NCBI GenBank assembly: GCA_964628535.1
Contig: CAZVNE010000001.1
Location: 8,792-72,791 of the forward strand
From: an uncultured Candidatus Nanopelagicus sp.
GTDB taxonomy: Bacteria > Actinomycetota > Actinomycetes > Nanopelagicales > Nanopelagicaceae
Direction of reading: 5' to 3'
DNA: 64,000 nucleotides
Shown one piece after another: positions 42,321 through 51,700 of this stretch. Position 1 is the first letter of the stretch, and each line of letters starts with the position of its first letter. A model generated the notes under the pieces. The model was given only the letters and a program-made list of their open reading frames with translations. It was not told where the DNA came from and searched no databases. The position numbers and the translations under genes are program-made.

Positions 42321-43292
42321 TTAAAAGCCCAAATAATTATTAATTACAACTGTTCCGGCTGGAATTTTACAATTTGGTGCAATAAATGAATCAATTACTT
42401 TGCTCCCTGCTCCAATTACTGCGCCTTCACCAATTATCGAACCAGAGATCTCACTTTCACTCTCAACTACTACTTTAGGGTGAATAAATGAACCATCAGA
42501 GATTGTGCAGCGATCTGCCACCATCGCATCTTTGCTAATTATTGAATCGCCATCATGAGATGGAGTAGCTGGTGAAAGGACCTTTCCGGTAATTAAATCC
42601 TTTGATGCCTTAATCAATGCGGCAGGCGTGCCAATATCTAGCCAGTATGAGGAGTCAACAAAGCCAAATACTTTTTTATCAGCAGCTAATAATTGTGGAA
42701 AGCTCTCTCGTTCAACTGAGACCACTCGACCAACTGGGATCTCATCAATAATCGATCGGTTAAATACATAGCAGCCAGCATTAATTAAATTACTTGGTGG
42801 AGTCTCTGACTTTTCAAGAAAGGATTTAACTCGGTCGCCCGGCAGTAATTCAACACAACCATAAGCCCGAGCATCTGTAACCTGGGTTAAGTAAAGAGTT
42901 ACATCTGCCTGCATCTCTTTGTGAAATTTAATTTGTGCGGCTAGATCATGAGCACTAAGGACATCACCATTAAAAATGACTACCTGATCAGCTGGTGATA
43001 GCAGGCTAGCTGCATTTTGAATCGCACCTCCAGTACCAAGTGCAACCTCCTCCACCGCATACTTAATCTTGATACCAAATGCAGATCCATCACCAAAGTA
43101 GGGTTTGAAAACTTCAGCAAGATATGAGGTGGCTAGGACAATCTCGGAAATTCCTGCCGCCTTTGCCTTTACGATTTGATGTTCGGTAAATGGAACTCCA
43201 CCTACTGGCAACATTGGTTTAGGTGATTTATTGGTAATTGGTTGTAATCGAGTTCCCATTCCCCCGACAAGCAAAATTGCAGCAGTTGTCAT
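42321..43292 (-). CDS. manC: Mannose-1-phosphate guanylyltransferase / NDP-sugar pyrophosphorylase
   Basis: LVGGMGTRL..PKPMLP, FNGD, WLDIGTP and C-terminal hexapeptide repeats. Confidence 0.88.
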   Translation of the reverse strand: MTTAAILLVGGMGTRLQPITNKSPKPMLPVGGVPFTEHQIVKAKAAGISEIVLATSYLAEVFKPYFGDGSAFGIKIKYAVEEVALGTGGAIQNAASLLSPADQVVIFNGDVLSAHDLAAQIKFHKEMQADVTLYLTQVTDARAYGCVELLPGDRVKSFLEKSETPPSNLINAGCYVFNRSIIDEIPVGRVVSVERESFPQLLAADKKVFGFVDSSYWLDIGTPAALIKASKDLITGKVLSPATPSHDGDSIISKDAMVADRCTISDGSFIHPKVVVESESEISGSIIGEGAVIGAGSKVIDSFIAPNCKIPAGTVVINNYLGF

Positions 43293-44335
43293 GCGCTGAT
43301 CCGATCTGCCACTGATTTAATCTGCTCATCCCTCGCCGTCAATGCGATTCGAATAAAGCTCTGATCCCCGTAAAAACTTCCCGGTGTAACTAGAACTCCA
43401 AGTGCGGCAAACCAATCAACACTCTGCCAACAATCCTCATTACGAGTGCACCAGATATATAGGCCAGCCCCACTGTGCTCAATGGTGAAACCACTCTTCT
43501 TTAATGCCGGTATCAAGATACTGCGACGATTTTGGTATCGAGCGGATTGCTGCTGCACATGGCTCTCATCAGATAAGGCAGCCACCATCGCATTTTGTAC
43601 CGGTAACGGAACCATCATGCCCGCGTGCTTTCTGATCTGGCGAATTTCGGCAATCAATGATGGATCGCCAACAATAAAGGCGGCCCGATACCCCGCTAGG
43701 TTTGAGCGTTTAGAGAGTGAATGCACCGCAATTAAATTTTTATTATCCCCATCAGCTACCGCCAAAATTGATTTGGCATCATCGCTAAAACTTAAGTAAC
43801 ACTCATCGCTGGCAACTACCGCATTATTGTGCCGAGCCCAGGCAATTACCGCTCGTAGTTGCGCCTCGTTTTGCACCTGTCCAGTTGGATTTGATGGTGA
43901 GTTTATCCAAGCTAAATCTGCTGCTGGCCAAGTAGTGGCATCAATCTCTACCGCTTGTGAATTACTTTGAGAAATTTTGCTACCGACTAAGTATGTTGGA
44001 TAGGCAACTGCTGGATACAAAACCATTTTACTTTGCAAAAAGGTTGGCAACCAAGCGACTAACTCCTTTGATCCAATTATTGGTAAAACATCAAACTCAC
44101 CACTTACTCCCAATTTTATCCTTGCCCATTTTGATATCGCCTCACGCAGTTGCGCAGTTCCGGCGGTCAATGGGTAACTTGGTGAGTTCGCTGATTTTAT
44201 AAACTCATCTTGAATAAACTTTGGTGTGTCATCAACTGGAGTTCCTTGAGATAAATCTATAAAGCCAGCTGGGTGGGTTTTAGCTTTTTCACCGTAGGGT
44301 GCAAGTAGATCCCAGGGAAAATCTGGAAGATTCAG
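43289..44335 (-). CDS. dapC: N-succinyldiaminopimelate aminotransferase
   Basis: Frame is open 55 codons upstream of the track's start, giving LNLPDFPWD...DLSQGTPVD. NSPSNPTG, SDECY and SLSKRSNLAGYR motifs. Probable CTG start at 44335. Confidence 0.9.
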   Translation of the reverse strand: MNLPDFPWDLLAPYGEKAKTHPAGFIDLSQGTPVDDTPKFIQDEFIKSANSPSYPLTAGTAQLREAISKWARIKLGVSGEFDVLPIIGSKELVAWLPTFLQSKMVLYPAVAYPTYLVGSKISQSNSQAVEIDATTWPAADLAWINSPSNPTGQVQNEAQLRAVIAWARHNNAVVASDECYLSFSDDAKSILAVADGDNKNLIAVHSLSKRSNLAGYRAAFIVGDPSLIAEIRQIRKHAGMMVPLPVQNAMVAALSDESHVQQQSARYQNRRSILIPALKKSGFTIEHSGAGLYIWCTRNEDCWQSVDWFAALGVLVTPGSFYGDQSFIRIALTARDEQIKSVADRISA

Positions 44336-44341
44336 GGAGTT

Positions 44342-44662
44342 CTACTTTTCTTGAGCAGGTAATGCAGCAACAGTTGGGTGGTCTTTGCCAACTGCGCCCA
44401 TCTTTGCAGCCCCACCAGGTGAGCCGATCTCAACAAAAAATTTACTATTTACTTCACTGAAATCTTTCCATTGGGATGGCACATCATCCTCATAATAAAT
44501 TGCCTCTACTGGACAAACTGGTTCGCAGGCACCGCAATCAACGCACTCATCAGGTTGGATATAAAGCATTCGATCGCCCTCATAAATACAATCAACGGGA
44601 CACTCTTCGATGCAAGATTTATCCTTCACATCAACACATGGTTGAGCGATTATGTAAGTCAT
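44342..44662 (-). CDS. fdxA: 7Fe ferredoxin
   Basis: CVDVKDKSCIEECPVDCI and CVDCGACEPVCP motifs. Confidence 0.96.
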   Translation of the reverse strand: MTYIIAQPCVDVKDKSCIEECPVDCIYEGDRMLYIQPDECVDCGACEPVCPVEAIYYEDDVPSQWKDFSEVNSKFFVEIGSPGGAAKMGAVGKDHPTVAALPAQEK

Positions 44663-44751
44663 GTGCGCCTTTCACTCATGAAGCCAGTTTTTAGTACCAG
44701 TAAGATACACAATACCGCCACTTAGCCTCATAGATTAGTTGAAGGAGCAGG

Positions 44752-44934
44752 ATGCAGCCATCAGCGGCTCAAATCGGCCAGCGAGTAAGTATCCGCTTGC
44801 ATGATCCCGAGGGTGGTTACCGCGATTTATTGGGCACCTTAGAAAGTGTCACACAGGTAAGGAAGCGAGATGGCTCTTTGGTCACATTTGACCCAGCAAG
44901 GATCGCGCTCTGGAAGGTTGTTCCACCTAAATGA
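44752..44934 (+). CDS. Small SH3-like protein resembling the N-terminal domain of actinobacterial GNAT proteins
   Basis: IGQRVSIR...RDLLGTL...KVVP; RBS AAGGAG; ATGA overlap with cysS. Confidence 0.7.
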   Translation: MQPSAAQIGQRVSIRLHDPEGGYRDLLGTLESVTQVRKRDGSLVTFDPARIALWKVVPPK

Positions 44935-46331
44935 TTGAGACCGGAATTCAAGTATTTGATACTAAATCTCGAATGAATCAAAGCTTAAAGATTAGCAATG
45001 ATAAATTCATCAGAGTCTACGGATGTGGACCTACCGTATATCGCGATGCTCATGTCGGCAATATGCGCACCTTCCTGCTGGCTGACAACATAATTAGATT
45101 AAGTAATTTTCTAGGTTATAAAGTTAAGTTCATCCAAAATATTACAGATGTAGGACATATGTCTGAAGATTTTTCTGAAGACAAAATGTTGGCACAAGCG
45201 AAGTTAGAGGCGAAGGATCCCTTTGAAGTAGCAAAGATATATGAAGGTAGATTTCATCAAGATTTGAAAACTCTAAATATATTACCGGCAGATCTTTATC
45301 CAAAGGCAAGTGAGTCAATTGATTTAATGATTGATTTGATTACTTTATTAATTAATCAAGGGCACGCATACTTAGCTGAAGATGATTGCGTTTACTTCTC
45401 TGCCCAATCCTTCTCCTCTTACGGTGCAATAAGTGGTAACCGATTGGCCGCGCTAAAACCTGGTCATAAACATGATCACACTGAAGATGGGGCAAAGAGA
45501 TTTCATGCAGATTGGGCGTTATGGAAAGCAGCTGCTGGAAGAACAGAGATGATTTGGCCATCACCTTGGGGTCCAGGTTTTCCGGGGTGGCATATTGAGT
45601 GCTCTGCGATGTCGCTAAAGTATTTAGATAACTTTGTTGATCTGCACCTAGGTGGAATTGATCTGCGTTTTCCGCACCATGAAAATGAACGGGCGCAATC
45701 AAATGCGGCAATAGATGATGAGGCGGTAGCACTTTGGCTTCATGGTGAACACCTACTTTTTGAAGGACGCAAGATGTCGAAGAGTGCCGAGAATGTGGTT
45801 CTAGTTAAGGATTTAATTGAGAAAAAGCTAGATCCGCTCTCATTGCGGTTATGTTTCCTAGAAAATAGGTACCGCAGCCAAATGGATCTAACCTGGCAAT
45901 CAATTATTACAGCTAATGCATTGTTAGAACGCTGGCGAAACAAGATGGCGCAATGGAGTGCTGCTACAGATTTAAATCCAGAGATTGTGAAAACTTATCT
46001 TGATCAGATAGTGGCAGATTTTGCTTTGGATTTAGATACACCAAGAGCATTACTTAAATTGCGAGAGGTAGAGCGATCAAGTGATGTGTCAGATGGCAGC
46101 AAGCACAGTATTTTTATCGAAGCGGATCGATTGTTTGGTTTAGATTTAAATCGAGCACCTAAAGCAGTTGCAGAGTTAACTAAAGAACAAGCAGGATTAT
46201 TAGCAGAGCGAGCTGATGCTAGAGCCAGTGGAAACTTTGCCGAGAGTGATCGATTGCGAGAGGTATTAAAAGCCAATGGGATTGAGGTTAGAGATAATCC
46301 CGACGGGCAAAGCTGGATTTGGGCGCTCTAG
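44931..46331 (+). CDS. cysS: Cysteine--tRNA ligase
   Basis: CGPTVY, HVGN, PGWHIECSAM, FPHHENE, KMSKS and a C-terminal anticodon-binding helix domain. Confidence 0.95.
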   Translation: MIETGIQVFDTKSRMNQSLKISNDKFIRVYGCGPTVYRDAHVGNMRTFLLADNIIRLSNFLGYKVKFIQNITDVGHMSEDFSEDKMLAQAKLEAKDPFEVAKIYEGRFHQDLKTLNILPADLYPKASESIDLMIDLITLLINQGHAYLAEDDCVYFSAQSFSSYGAISGNRLAALKPGHKHDHTEDGAKRFHADWALWKAAAGRTEMIWPSPWGPGFPGWHIECSAMSLKYLDNFVDLHLGGIDLRFPHHENERAQSNAAIDDEAVALWLHGEHLLFEGRKMSKSAENVVLVKDLIEKKLDPLSLRLCFLENRYRSQMDLTWQSIITANALLERWRNKMAQWSAATDLNPEIVKTYLDQIVADFALDLDTPRALLKLREVERSSDVSDGSKHSIFIEADRLFGLDLNRAPKAVAELTKEQAGLLAERADARASGNFAESDRLREVLKANGIEVRDNPDGQSWIWAL

Positions 46332-46635
46332 GAAGTAAAACCGCCAAAATAATAGTTAGAAATCCCAGAAGCAAAAATAGATTTCCATAAGTATTTCCAT
46401 AAATCAATAGCTCATCTCCTAAGCCAACAGTTGAACCACGCAAAACAACTGCCAGCCATGAGATTGCACAAAGTAATTTAAATCTTTTGTAGTAGTACTT
46501 AATTCCCAGTAATTTAATTCCTAAATATGTCACTAATAAAGATGCGATTAAACCCGCTGGTTGCCAAGCATTATGCAAAAGTGTGGCGGTAAAACCTAAG
46601 AATGCACCAAAGATCATTGAGTTTAAGTACCTCAT
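46288..46635 (-). CDS. Membrane protein (DUF6113-like)
   Basis: 4 TM; directly downstream of mshB as in other actinobacteria. Confidence 0.65.
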   Translation of the reverse strand: MRYLNSMIFGAFLGFTATLLHNAWQPAGLIASLLVTYLGIKLLGIKYYYKRFKLLCAISWLAVVLRGSTVGLGDELLIYGNTYGNLFLLLGFLTIILAVLLPRAPKSSFARRDYL

Positions 46636-47498
46636 GAGTTCACTCCTGCAAATAAATCTAGCTCGCGGCCCTGAGAGTCAAGTGGCTCAGCTATTTCACC
46701 CTTAACCAAGGTGTAATACTCATCAGCCCAAACTGAAAGACCTAAATTGTTGGAGAGGGCAAAAAATGGACCGTCGACTGAGATCTGGGTGGCATGCGCT
46801 TTCATTGCACTCATCTTCTGATCAACAAAATCTGGTGCGCTTATAAGAGAGGTTACAAACTCATCCGCTTTAGCAAAAGGTAGATCATCAGCACTCTCTG
46901 CGCCAAAGAAATCTGAGCCAACCTCCTTCATTTTATCTATCCCACTTTGAATTACCGATCTTGGCATTGTGTTCCAATAAATTTTTGAGATCTCCCAGCC
47001 GCCAGCTTTTGCTAGCTCAGCAGCGCGCATTGCAACCTGATGTGCCTTTATATGATCGGGATGTCCATAACCACCAAAATCATCATAAGTAATCATCACT
47101 TGAGGCTTAATCTCTAAAATAATCTTTACCAACTCATTTGCCGCATCATTTAAATCTGCCTGCCAAAATACATGTGCGCCATTATTTTGTTCAGTGCCCA
47201 TCATTCCACTATCTCGCCACTGTTTGTTTGGTGCACCTAAAAATCTAAAGTCTGTAACCCCGAGCTCTGCCATCGCATTTTTTAACTCGATTTCGCGATG
47301 CTCTCCTAACTTGTCATCCTGATTGCTTGCTAAATTGGCAAGCTCTGGAATTAAAACCTCTCCCTCTTCACCTCTTGTACATGTCACAAGAGTTACCGAT
47401 ACACCTTCAGCTGCATACTTCGCCATCGTTGCACCATTATTAATCGTCTCATCATCTGGATGAGCATGTACCAATAGGAGCCGTTTTTCGAAGTTCAT
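46632..47498 (-). CDS. mshB: GlcNAc-Ins deacetylase (mycothiol biosynthesis)
   Basis: HAHPDDE, WRDSGM, YGHPDH, AHATQI and FALSN motifs. Confidence 0.93.
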   Translation of the reverse strand: MNFEKRLLLVHAHPDDETINNGATMAKYAAEGVSVTLVTCTRGEEGEVLIPELANLASNQDDKLGEHREIELKNAMAELGVTDFRFLGAPNKQWRDSGMMGTEQNNGAHVFWQADLNDAANELVKIILEIKPQVMITYDDFGGYGHPDHIKAHQVAMRAAELAKAGGWEISKIYWNTMPRSVIQSGIDKMKEVGSDFFGAESADDLPFAKADEFVTSLISAPDFVDQKMSAMKAHATQISVDGPFFALSNNLGLSVWADEYYTLVKGEIAEPLDSQGRELDLFAGVNS

Positions 47499-47564
47499 GC
47501 GCTGAATATAACCTGAGATGATGGCAAATTCCCGTTGGATAAATCTCTCGATTAAGATAAGCAG

Positions 47565-48173
47565 ATGAGTGAAGATAAGGTCAATCGATTACCTCGTGAT
47601 GAGCGTCGAGCGCAATTACTCACCGCTGCATTAGAAGTATTTACAGCTGCGGGATACCACTCTGCAGCGATGGATGAGATCGCAGATCGAGCAAGGGTAA
47701 GTAAGCCGGTTCTTTATCAGCACTTTCCATCTAAATTAGAGTTGTACTTAGCAGTCCTAGATCTGCATATTGATTCACTGGTCTTTGCAATTCAAAAAGC
47801 GATTGCACAACATCGCAGCAATGCTGATCGAGTTAAGGCAACTGTTGAGGCGTACTTTGGCTTTATTGATTCTGAGGGTGAAGCATTTCGACTTTTATTT
47901 GAGAGCGATATGAGTTTAGAGCCACAGGTTCGCGAACGATTAAATCGAATGACCTACGATTGCGCCGCAGCTGTTAGCGCAGTTATTTCAATTGACACCG
48001 GGTTAGCAAAAGAGGAGTCAATGATGCTGGCGGTTGGATTAATTGGAACTGTGCAAACAATAGCTCGTCACTGGTTAGATCGTGATGGCAAGATTGATCG
48101 CACACGTGCAACCGAGTTGGTAATGAACTTAATCTGGCGCGGAATTTCCGGATTCCCAAAATCTGCACAGTAA
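47565..48173 (+). CDS. TetR family transcriptional regulator
   Basis: HTH MDEIADRARVSKPVLYQHFPSK; precedes DUF3107. Confidence 0.93.
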   Translation: MSEDKVNRLPRDERRAQLLTAALEVFTAAGYHSAAMDEIADRARVSKPVLYQHFPSKLELYLAVLDLHIDSLVFAIQKAIAQHRSNADRVKATVEAYFGFIDSEGEAFRLLFESDMSLEPQVRERLNRMTYDCAAAVSAVISIDTGLAKEESMMLAVGLIGTVQTIARHWLDRDGKIDRTRATELVMNLIWRGISGFPKSAQ

Positions 48174-48215
48174 TTTCAATTGGCAAGTAAGCCAGGAAGT
48201 AGATAGGGTTTAAGT

Positions 48216-48470
48216 ATGGCTACAGTTAAAAAAGGTTCTGCTCGTACTGAAGTAAAGATTGGTATCTCAGATAGCACCCATGAATTAACCTTCGAGTGTG
48301 GCAGCAGCCAAGCCGAGGTTGTTGCAGCGGTTAACGCAGCGATTAAGGCAAATGCTGTTCTCTCACTCAGTGATACCAAAGGACGCGAACTTCTAGTTCC
48401 ATACAACAAAATTAATTATGTTGAGGTTGGAGAATCCTCAGAGCGACGTGTTGGATTTGCCTCCGAGTAA
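48216..48470 (+). CDS. DUF3107 family protein
   Basis: EVKIGI...YVEVG..RRVGF pattern. Confidence 0.88.
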   Translation: MATVKKGSARTEVKIGISDSTHELTFECGSSQAEVVAAVNAAIKANAVLSLSDTKGRELLVPYNKINYVEVGESSERRVGFASE

Positions 48471-49151
48471 CTCCTCTAATAAAAAGTAGGTTACATCGCG
48501 GTAAGCATCTGCAACATCACTAAGCTTCGCAAAACTCATCACCGATTTATTCGCAATTTGTGCCAGTAGAACATCTTCACTCTCTGGAATCGCTGGATCA
48601 AGAAGTTTAAAATCTGCGCTCAATGCTGGAATGGTTGAATTCTGGGCAAGAGTTCGCTTGATTGGTAAGACTCCGACTTGGATTAGATCTCGATAAAAAT
48701 CACTCGCCTGCAAAACCCCTCTAATCGATGAAATTGAATCGGTTGTTGGATACAGCACCGCATCACTGATCTCTGCAACTAAATTACTGCGTTGACTTAA
48801 TGCTGATGATGTATCAACTACAACTAGATCATACTTTGCAAATTTCTGCTTAATTAAAGTGGAATCAAATTGCAGATTATCTAGCGCGGTCACTCTTGGC
48901 GCTGATGGTAGAAAATCAATTCGCTCTGATGTGCGAGTAATTGCTAGATCTAAGCTGGTGTTATCTCGCGCTACCTCTAGCATGGTAAATCTTGGATTTT
49001 CAATCATAAATTGAAAGCTCAGGCTGGCACGTTCATCTAGATCAACTAATAGGACATTACGTCCATACTCAGCAGCAGCAACAGCAATACACATAGCGGT
49101 TGTTGATTTTCCAGTACCGCCACTTGAGTTTGCAATTGCTAAAAGCTTCAT
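48438..49151 (-). CDS. ParA family ATPase (divergent)
   Basis: ANSSGGTGKST and VLLVDLD. ATG 49151 overlaps the upstream stop. Confidence 0.8.
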   Translation of the reverse strand: MKLLAIANSSGGTGKSTTAMCIAVAAAEYGRNVLLVDLDERASLSFQFMIENPRFTMLEVARDNTSLDLAITRTSERIDFLPSAPRVTALDNLQFDSTLIKQKFAKYDLVVVDTSSALSQRSNLVAEISDAVLYPTTDSISSIRGVLQASDFYRDLIQVGVLPIKRTLAQNSTIPALSADFKLLDPAIPESEDVLLAQIANKSVMSFAKLSDVADAYRDVTYFLLEELLGGKSNTSL

Positions 49152-49912
49152 CTGCTCTTCGCCTCTTTTAATTGCGGAGGTGACCGAAAGGCCTCTGGCA
49201 GTAATTGAAGTGATGATCGAAGAGCTTTTAATGCAATATCTGTTGCTAGCTCCTGTCCTGGAAGTGTTGGTGCACCATAAAGATCTCTCGCCCACTTTGG
49301 AAGTGCAGCACCTGCCAGAGTTGAGATTGCAGCCCAGGTTGGTGCAAATGGCGTAGCAAATCTAATTACTTTTGGTAGTGGCGGAACGGTAATAAAAAGG
49401 GCGGCTCGTTTTGCATCATCACTAGCACGTAGCTCCGGCCGAATATCTGCAAAGTACTGTTTACTTTGAGAAAGTGAGTTAGGAACATCAGCTGGTGCAA
49501 CGCCAACTAACTCAGCAAACTTAACCATTTCAAGAAAGTACTGATCCTGTTCGGCAACTGTTAATTTAAGGCCAGATCTAACCGCCACATCCAAGAATGC
49601 ATCCACCATCGCCATATGAACCCACAGCAATAGATGTGGATCATCTAGAGATAACTTTGAATGCACACTTCTTACTCGTGCCGCTAACTTATCGGCATCA
49701 GCTTTAGGCGAGAAGGTAAGAATTCCAACGTAATCACCAGTTCTTTGTAATCTGCCCCAAGTATCATCACGAAAATTTGAGTGCGCGCTTACTCCGGCCA
49801 TCGCATCTGGTTGCAGTGCTTGTTCAAGAAGTGCGCGAAGCCCACCGACAACCATCGATGGATCAGAGTGAACCCGCCAAGTAATTGAATCTGGTGAAAA
49901 GTATGAACTCAT
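49148..49912 (-). CDS. MpaB/DUF2236 oxygenase family protein
   Basis: GGLRALLEQAL, HSNFR, RLQRT and LLLWVH motifs; ATGA coupling. Confidence 0.85.
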   Translation of the reverse strand: MSSYFSPDSITWRVHSDPSMVVGGLRALLEQALQPDAMAGVSAHSNFRDDTWGRLQRTGDYVGILTFSPKADADKLAARVRSVHSKLSLDDPHLLLWVHMAMVDAFLDVAVRSGLKLTVAEQDQYFLEMVKFAELVGVAPADVPNSLSQSKQYFADIRPELRASDDAKRAALFITVPPLPKVIRFATPFAPTWAAISTLAGAALPKWARDLYGAPTLPGQELATDIALKALRSSLQLLPEAFRSPPQLKEAKSR

Positions 49913-50754
49913 AAACTTATGACTCGTCGCTGTGTTGCCAGCGCCTCTAATCTCTCCCACTGCTCTGGATTAGTTGTGTACTCGGCAAGTTGATTAAGTT
50001 TTCCATTGCCATGGTAATCACTCGCACCTGTCATCACTAGATTATTATCTCGTGCTAATTCAATTAGTGCATTTTTTTCATCTGGTGAGTGATCTCTGTG
50101 ATCTACTTCAACACCATCTAAGCCAGCGGTGATTAAATCGCCAAAGCTCGCAAATGAGATGGTTCTGCCTCTGTGAGAAGCCATTGGATGGGCAATTACT
50201 GCTACACCGCCAGCTGCTTTAATTAATTTGATCGCTTCTACTGGTGTTGGTGAGTAGTGGGCAACATAAAACTTAGATTTATTGTGGAGCATCTGGGTAA
50301 ATGCTTCGTCGCGCGATTTAACTACTCCCTTTTTTACTAAGGCATCAGCTAAGTGAGGTCTGCCTAAGGTTGCACCATCTGCTAGCTCTGCTAATACATC
50401 ATCAATTGAAATCGCTATGCCCGCCTCATTTAATCGCTCAATTATGCGCTGCATTCGGCCATGGCGATTCTCACGCGTCTTCTCCATGGTTGCAATCAAC
50501 TCTTGATTTTCAGTATCAAAAAGTAAGCCCAACATGTGCACACTTACACCATCATCACTTTGGCAGGAGATCTCCGCTCCTGGCACCAATGAGATCCCAG
50601 GACGAAGTGCTGCACTAGCCTGGGCAATACCCGCGACGCTGTCATGGTCGGTTAATGCAATTATCTTTACACCTGCAGCTAATGCTTTATTAATTAATTC
50701 AGCGGGTGAATCTGTGCCATCACTAAAGTTTGAATGGGTATGTAAATCAATCAT
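49909..50754 (-). CDS. PHP domain phosphoesterase
   Basis: DLHTHS, LTDHD, AHP and ASDYHG motifs. Confidence 0.93.
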   Translation of the reverse strand: MIDLHTHSNFSDGTDSPAELINKALAAGVKIIALTDHDSVAGIAQASAALRPGISLVPGAEISCQSDDGVSVHMLGLLFDTENQELIATMEKTRENRHGRMQRIIERLNEAGIAISIDDVLAELADGATLGRPHLADALVKKGVVKSRDEAFTQMLHNKSKFYVAHYSPTPVEAIKLIKAAGGVAVIAHPMASHRGRTISFASFGDLITAGLDGVEVDHRDHSPDEKNALIELARDNNLVMTGASDYHGNGKLNQLAEYTTNPEQWERLEALATQRRVISL

Positions 50755-51635
50755 TGTTTAGACCTTACAACAAAGAAGCCGCAACCGATTAACAAGCCAA
50801 TGATTCCTGGAATTGTGCCGGCGGGTGGTGTTTGGTCTAGCCAAAAAAATGCAAGTATCGCACTTACCGGTACCTCAAAAAACACAACTAAGCCCACGAT
50901 CGCAGGTGAGACCCGTTTTAAAGTTAAGTTAAACATGGTGTGACCCATAATCTGAGCGGTAATTACCAGAGCAATTAATAAAAGCCATTCATAATTTGAA
51001 AAGCCGATTAGATCATAGCCACCAATAATTGCAATTGGCAGAGCGGTCAAAGCGCATGAGAGGTAACAAACAGTAGTAAAGGTAGATGTAGAAATTTCCC
51101 GCTGCACATTTGATCCAATAATTATGTAAAGCGCTGCAAGTGCGCCGCCAATCACAGCAAGTAGATCACCTTGGAATGATCGCAGCGACAAACTTAAATC
51201 TACACCTGTAATAAGTAGTACTGAAGCAAAGGCAATAAACATGCCACTCCAAGATCTACGTGGAATATGCCCGCCACTTAACTTTATAAATAGGGCAGCA
51301 AAGATCGGTTGGGTTGCTGTTAGTGCGGTTCCGGTTGCAACGCTGGTCATGCGCATTGCCAAAAAGAAACAGATAAAGTGCAGGGCAAGCAAAACTCCAG
51401 AGATTGCTGACCATTTAATCGCATTGCGTTGAGCAGATGTTTGCCACTCTCTGCGCCTAAGTGCGAAGGGCAACATCACTAAACCGCCCAGTAAATTACG
51501 CCACATAATCATCGTCGGAACCGGCATCAAGCTCTTTGCAATTATTGGGCCAGATGCACCAATGCCTAAAACTCCAGATATCAAAAATGGGATATCCCGA
51601 CCGGTAGGTAATTTGGTGTGGTCTTGATCCCTCAT
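50751..51635 (-). CDS. EamA/DMT family transporter
   Basis: 10 TM; ALHF, TQP and QIMGH motifs. Confidence 0.88.
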   Translation of the reverse strand: MRDQDHTKLPTGRDIPFLISGVLGIGASGPIIAKSLMPVPTMIMWRNLLGGLVMLPFALRRREWQTSAQRNAIKWSAISGVLLALHFICFFLAMRMTSVATGTALTATQPIFAALFIKLSGGHIPRRSWSGMFIAFASVLLITGVDLSLSLRSFQGDLLAVIGGALAALYIIIGSNVQREISTSTFTTVCYLSCALTALPIAIIGGYDLIGFSNYEWLLLIALVITAQIMGHTMFNLTLKRVSPAIVGLVVFFEVPVSAILAFFWLDQTPPAGTIPGIIGLLIGCGFFVVRSKQ

Positions 51636-51700
51636 AAAGCAAAACCTACCTGTATTTAAATATTCTGCTTAATCGTAGGCGAAGCGGTTACCCTGAGACC

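Noticed and set aside
44931-46331. cysS as mycothiol ligase MshC because mshB is adjacent
   Set aside because: It lacks the MshC CGITPY/HLGH motif and retains the anticodon-binding domain.
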